A DNA stretch of 32,000 nucleotides, taken from assembly GCF_000007145.1 (NCBI RefSeq), contig NC_003902.1, positions 2,107,436-2,139,435 on the forward strand, in the 5' to 3' direction. Positions 28,994 through 32,000 of the stretch are shown here, piece by piece. Source of the stretch: Xanthomonas campestris pv. campestris str. ATCC 33913 (GTDB taxonomy: Bacteria; Pseudomonadota; Gammaproteobacteria; Xanthomonadales; Xanthomonadaceae). The notes beneath the pieces are model-generated. The model was not told the DNA's origin. It saw only the letters and a list, made by a program, of their open reading frames with translations, and did no database searches. Positions within the stretch are counted from its first letter, which is position 1. Each line of letters begins with the position of its first letter. The position numbers and the translations under genes were made by a program.

Positions 28994-30849
28994 GCGCGAT
29001 CGGCCTGCCGATGCGGCTGGCGTTGGTGGGCAACCCCAACAGTGGCAAGACCGCCTTGTTCAACCAGCTGACCGGCAGCCGGCAGAAGGTGGCCAATTAC
29101 ACCGGCGTCACCGTCGAGCGCAAGGAAGGCCATTTCCGTGCGCCCTCCGGGCGCGAGTTTGCGGTGCTGGATCTGCCTGGCGCCTACAGCCTGCAGCCGG
29201 CCAGTCTGGACGAGGCGATCACCCGCGATCTGTGCCGCGGTTTTTACCCCGGCGAGCCGGCGCCCGATGTGCTGGTCTATGTGATGGACGCGACCAACCT
29301 GCGCCTGCACCTGCGCTTTGCGCTGGAGCTGCGTGAGCTGGGCCGCCCGATGATCGTGGCGCTGAACATGATGGATGCCGCCCAGCGGCGCGGCATCGTC
29401 ATCGACTTGCCCGCACTGGAGCAGGCGCTCGGTGTGCCGGTGGTCGAGACGGTGGCGGTGCGGCGCGGCGGCGCCAAGGCGCTGGTCGAGCGCATCGACG
29501 CGCAGGCCGCGCACCTGGCTGCCCCCACCGCCACGCCGCCGGCCGATGGCAACTATCACGCCCAGGTGCGGCAGATCCTGAGCGCGGCGGTGACCATGCC
29601 CACGCGCACCTCGCGTGTGGACGATGCGTTGGACCGCTGGCTGCTGCACCCGGTGTGGGGGCTGGTGACGCTGGCGGTGGTGATGTTCCTGATCTTCCAG
29701 GCGGTGTACGCCTGGGCCACCCCGGTGATGGACCTGATCGACGGCGGCACCGCGATGCTGGGCGAGTGGGTCGGCACCCACATGGCCGAAGGCCCGCTCA
29801 ACAGCCTGCTCAAGGACGGCATCATCGCTGGCCTGGGTGGGGTGATCGTCTTCCTGCCGCAGATCCTGATCCTGTTCGCCTTCATCCTGGCGCTGGAAGA
29901 GTCCGGCTACCTGCCGCGCGCGGCGTTCCTGCTCGATCGCATGATGGCCTCGGCAGGCCTGTCTGGGCGCTCCTTCATTCCGCTGCTGTCGAGCTTTGCC
30001 TGCGCGGTGCCCGGCATCATGTCCACCCGCAGCATCCAGGACCCACGCGACCGCCTGGCCACCATCATGGTGGCGCCGCTGATGACCTGCTCGGCGCGGT
30101 TGCCGGTGTATGCGCTACTGATCGGCGCCTTCATTCCGCAAAAAACGGTGTGGGGCATCTTCAATCAGCAGGGGCTGATCCTGTTCGCGCTGTATGCCGC
30201 GGCCATCGTCAGTGCGCTGCTGGTGTCGTGGACGATGAAGAAGTGGCGCCGCGACAAGAGCGAGCATCCGTTGATGCTGGAGCTGCCGTCCTACCGTGTG
30301 CCGCAGCTGCGCGATCTGGCGCTGGGCCTGTGGGAGCGCGCGGTGATCTTCCTCAAGCGCGTGGGCGGCATCATCCTGGCGCTGACCATTCTGTTGTGGT
30401 TCCTGCTGTCGTTCCCGGCCGCACCAGCCAATGCCACGTTGCCCGCAATCGACTACAGCTTCGCCGGGCGGATCGGCCATGCGATGGCGGTGTTCTTCGC
30501 GCCGCTGGGCTTCAACTGGCAGATCTGCATTGCGCTGATTCCCGGCCTGGCGGCGCGCGAGGTGGCGGTGGCGTCGCTGGCCACGGTCTATGCGTTGTCC
30601 GCAGCCGATGACGACGCGGCCGCGCAGGCGCTGTCGCCGTTGATCAGCGACGGCTGGTCGCTGGCCACCGCGTTGTCGTTGCTGGTCTGGTACATCTACG
30701 CACCGATGTGCATCTCCACGCTGGCCACGATCAAGCGCGAAACCAACTCGTGGAAACAGATGACCATCAGCGCGGTTTACCTGTTCGCGCTGGCCTATCT
30801 GGCCTCGCTGGTGACCTACCAGCTTGCCGTGTTGTTCGGAGCCGGCTGA
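28990..30849 (+). CDS. feoB: Ferrous iron transporter B (619 aa)
   Basis: N-terminal G domain LVGNPNSGKTALFNQLTG, DLPGAYSL, ALNMMD, followed by polytopic membrane domains. ATGA overlap with feoA. Confidence 0.95.
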   Translation: MSAIGLPMRLALVGNPNSGKTALFNQLTGSRQKVANYTGVTVERKEGHFRAPSGREFAVLDLPGAYSLQPASLDEAITRDLCRGFYPGEPAPDVLVYVMDATNLRLHLRFALELRELGRPMIVALNMMDAAQRRGIVIDLPALEQALGVPVVETVAVRRGGAKALVERIDAQAAHLAAPTATPPADGNYHAQVRQILSAAVTMPTRTSRVDDALDRWLLHPVWGLVTLAVVMFLIFQAVYAWATPVMDLIDGGTAMLGEWVGTHMAEGPLNSLLKDGIIAGLGGVIVFLPQILILFAFILALEESGYLPRAAFLLDRMMASAGLSGRSFIPLLSSFACAVPGIMSTRSIQDPRDRLATIMVAPLMTCSARLPVYALLIGAFIPQKTVWGIFNQQGLILFALYAAAIVSALLVSWTMKKWRRDKSEHPLMLELPSYRVPQLRDLALGLWERAVIFLKRVGGIILALTILLWFLLSFPAAPANATLPAIDYSFAGRIGHAMAVFFAPLGFNWQICIALIPGLAAREVAVASLATVYALSAADDDAAAQALSPLISDGWSLATALSLLVWYIYAPMCISTLATIKRETNSWKQMTISAVYLFALAYLASLVTYQLAVLFGAG

Positions 30850-30850
30850 G

Positions 30851-31099
30851 ATGTCGTTGACCCTGCAATACGTGATCATCGCGCTCGCCGTGCTGGTGAG
30901 CGCATGGGTGGTGATGAAAAAACAATTCCCCGGCACGCTGCGGCGTCTGCGCGGCGCGCTTGCGCTCGCCTTGGTGCGCGAGGGCCGCCCCGCGTGGATG
31001 CAGGCAATGGGGCGCCGCGTCGCACCGCCCGCCGGGCAGGGCGCGGCCGCCTGCGGTGGCTGTGACAGTTGCGGGCCGAAGACGCCGCGCAGCCACTGA
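30851..31099 (+). CDS. Small membrane protein with a C-terminal Cys cluster, FeoB-associated (82 aa)
   Basis: The ATG is 1 nt after the feoB stop. One TM segment, LQYVIIALAVLVSAWVV. The C-terminal ACGGCDSCG is reminiscent of the FeoB-associated Cys-rich membrane protein family. It is not a winged-helix FeoC. Confidence 0.55.
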   Translation: MSLTLQYVIIALAVLVSAWVVMKKQFPGTLRRLRGALALALVREGRPAWMQAMGRRVAPPAGQGAAACGGCDSCGPKTPRSH

Positions 31100-31162
31100 C
31101 GGCCGGCAGCGCCTTCGCTACACTTGCGCGGCCGCAGGACGCGGCAGTCCAGGGGAAAGGCG

Positions 31163-31663
31163 ATGCGTGTGTTGGTGTTGCTGGCCGTATTGGCAGCGAT
31201 TGCGGGGATTTATAACTACGGTGGCAATGCGCTGGACGAGCAGCAGGTGCGCGATCTGTATGCCGCGCACGACAAGGCGATGCTGGCCCAGGATGGTGAG
31301 GCCTTGTGCGCCATGACCGCACCGGATTTCGAGATGGTGGTGCTGTACCGCATGGATTCGCACCAGCAGCGCCGCACCACCTCGCGCGAAAAATACTGCA
31401 AGGCCAATGGCGAGTGGGCGCAGGCGCTGCGCCAGGTGCATGCGTCGGTCAACCTGGGAGACGTGATGGACTACAAGCACTCCATCACCAAGATCGAGAT
31501 TGCACCGGACGAAGCCTCGGCCATGGTCGAAACCCGCGCCACGATCGGGTTGCCCGGCATGCGCATGACCTTGCGCAGCCGCGACAAGGTGATTCGCAAG
31601 CGCTGGAAAACTCTGGTGGAACGCAGCGAAGGCACCGCCTGGGTCGGGCCCGCGTACGACTGA
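31163..31663 (+). CDS. Hypothetical membrane-anchored or secreted protein, NTF2/SnoaL-like (166 aa)
   Basis: The ATG at 31163 is preceded by AGGGGAAAGG. N-terminal hydrophobic segment MRVLVLLAVLAAIAGI. EQQVRDLYAAHDKAMLAQDGEALCAMTAPDFEM is typical of NTF2-like/DUF4440 folds. This is an assignment by eye only. Confidence 0.55.
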   Translation: MRVLVLLAVLAAIAGIYNYGGNALDEQQVRDLYAAHDKAMLAQDGEALCAMTAPDFEMVVLYRMDSHQQRRTTSREKYCKANGEWAQALRQVHASVNLGDVMDYKHSITKIEIAPDEASAMVETRATIGLPGMRMTLRSRDKVIRKRWKTLVERSEGTAWVGPAYD

Positions 31664-31867
31664 GCGCGGCGCGCGCGCCGCCTTTGGTGCGCGGGAGCAC
31701 TGGCGCTTTCAGCATCGTGCGGCAGTGAGCGCGCCAAGCAGTGATGCCATGCGCTGCCGAATGCACGCATGGCAGCGCAATCACGCGGTAAACAATCGTA
31801 GTCAGGCCGCACCGCGTTCGCTGCAGCGCACAGCGCGTTGGCGGCGGGCAGTCGCTATGCTTGGTTG

Positions 31868-32000
31868 ATGACGACCTCTTTCCAGATCTCCCGACGTGCG
31901 CAGGCGCTGACCAGTTCGGCGATTCGCGAAATCCTCAAGATCACCGAACGGCCGGAGGTGATTTCCTTTGCCGGCGGCCTGCCGTCGCCGGCCACGTTCC
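31868..32000 (+). CDS. PLP-dependent aminotransferase (class I/II, MocR/AAT-like), 5' end only; runs off the window
   Basis: The ATG at 31868 gives MTTSFQISRRAQALTSSAIREILKITERPEVISFAGGLPSPATF. SAIREILK...ISFAGGLP is the characteristic N-terminal motif of this family. Confidence 0.7.
   Translation, partial: MTTSFQISRRAQALTSSAIREILKITERPEVISFAGGLPSPATF

Overview
This is a high-GC, gene-dense chromosomal segment. Its gene content and intergenic repeat families look Xanthomonas-like (Xanthomonadaceae); that call is from memory, not from a search.

Gene content from left to right:
- The 3' end of hisS.
- A small TrpR/YerC-family gene followed by a complete hisGDCBHAF-IE operon. All eight his-his junctions overlap.
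- A repeat-rich intergenic region, then a secreted metallophosphoesterase.
- A C13 (legumain-like) lipoprotein peptidase.
- The methionine-salvage operon mtnB-mtnD-mtnC.
- Two tandem paralogous APC amino-acid permeases.
- A NUDIX hydrolase and a small hypothetical gene.
- serA, divergent from a GlcD/D-2-hydroxyglutarate-dehydrogenase-like FAD oxidase.
- A translationally coupled pair of secreted proteins of unknown function: a DUF2388-like protein and a HExxH + DUF4105-like protein.
- A minus-strand run of enoyl-CoA hydratase, HMG-CoA lyase, SDR, EF-P paralog (YeiP/EfpL type) and a Cys-rich lipoprotein.
- feoA, feoB and a Cys-rich membrane ORF.
- An NTF2-like protein and the 5' end of a PLP aminotransferase.

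I see no integrase, transposase, CRISPR array, tRNA, rRNA or recognisable defence system. The window is mostly core metabolism.

The parts worth a second look are structural:
- A perfect 448-bp tandem duplication that creates a truncated second copy of the phosphoesterase promoter and 5' end.
- A 217-bp-period tandem array that reiterates the 3' end of hisIE together with a 67-nt GTAG-type REP hairpin.
- Two intergenic elements built from inverted arrays of G-rich, telomere-like heptamers. One of them abuts the efpL start codon.
- The uncharacterised DUF2388-like / HExxH-DUF4105-like gene pair.

Many long ORFs in the six-frame track are antisense shadow ORFs typical of high-GC DNA, and I rejected them.
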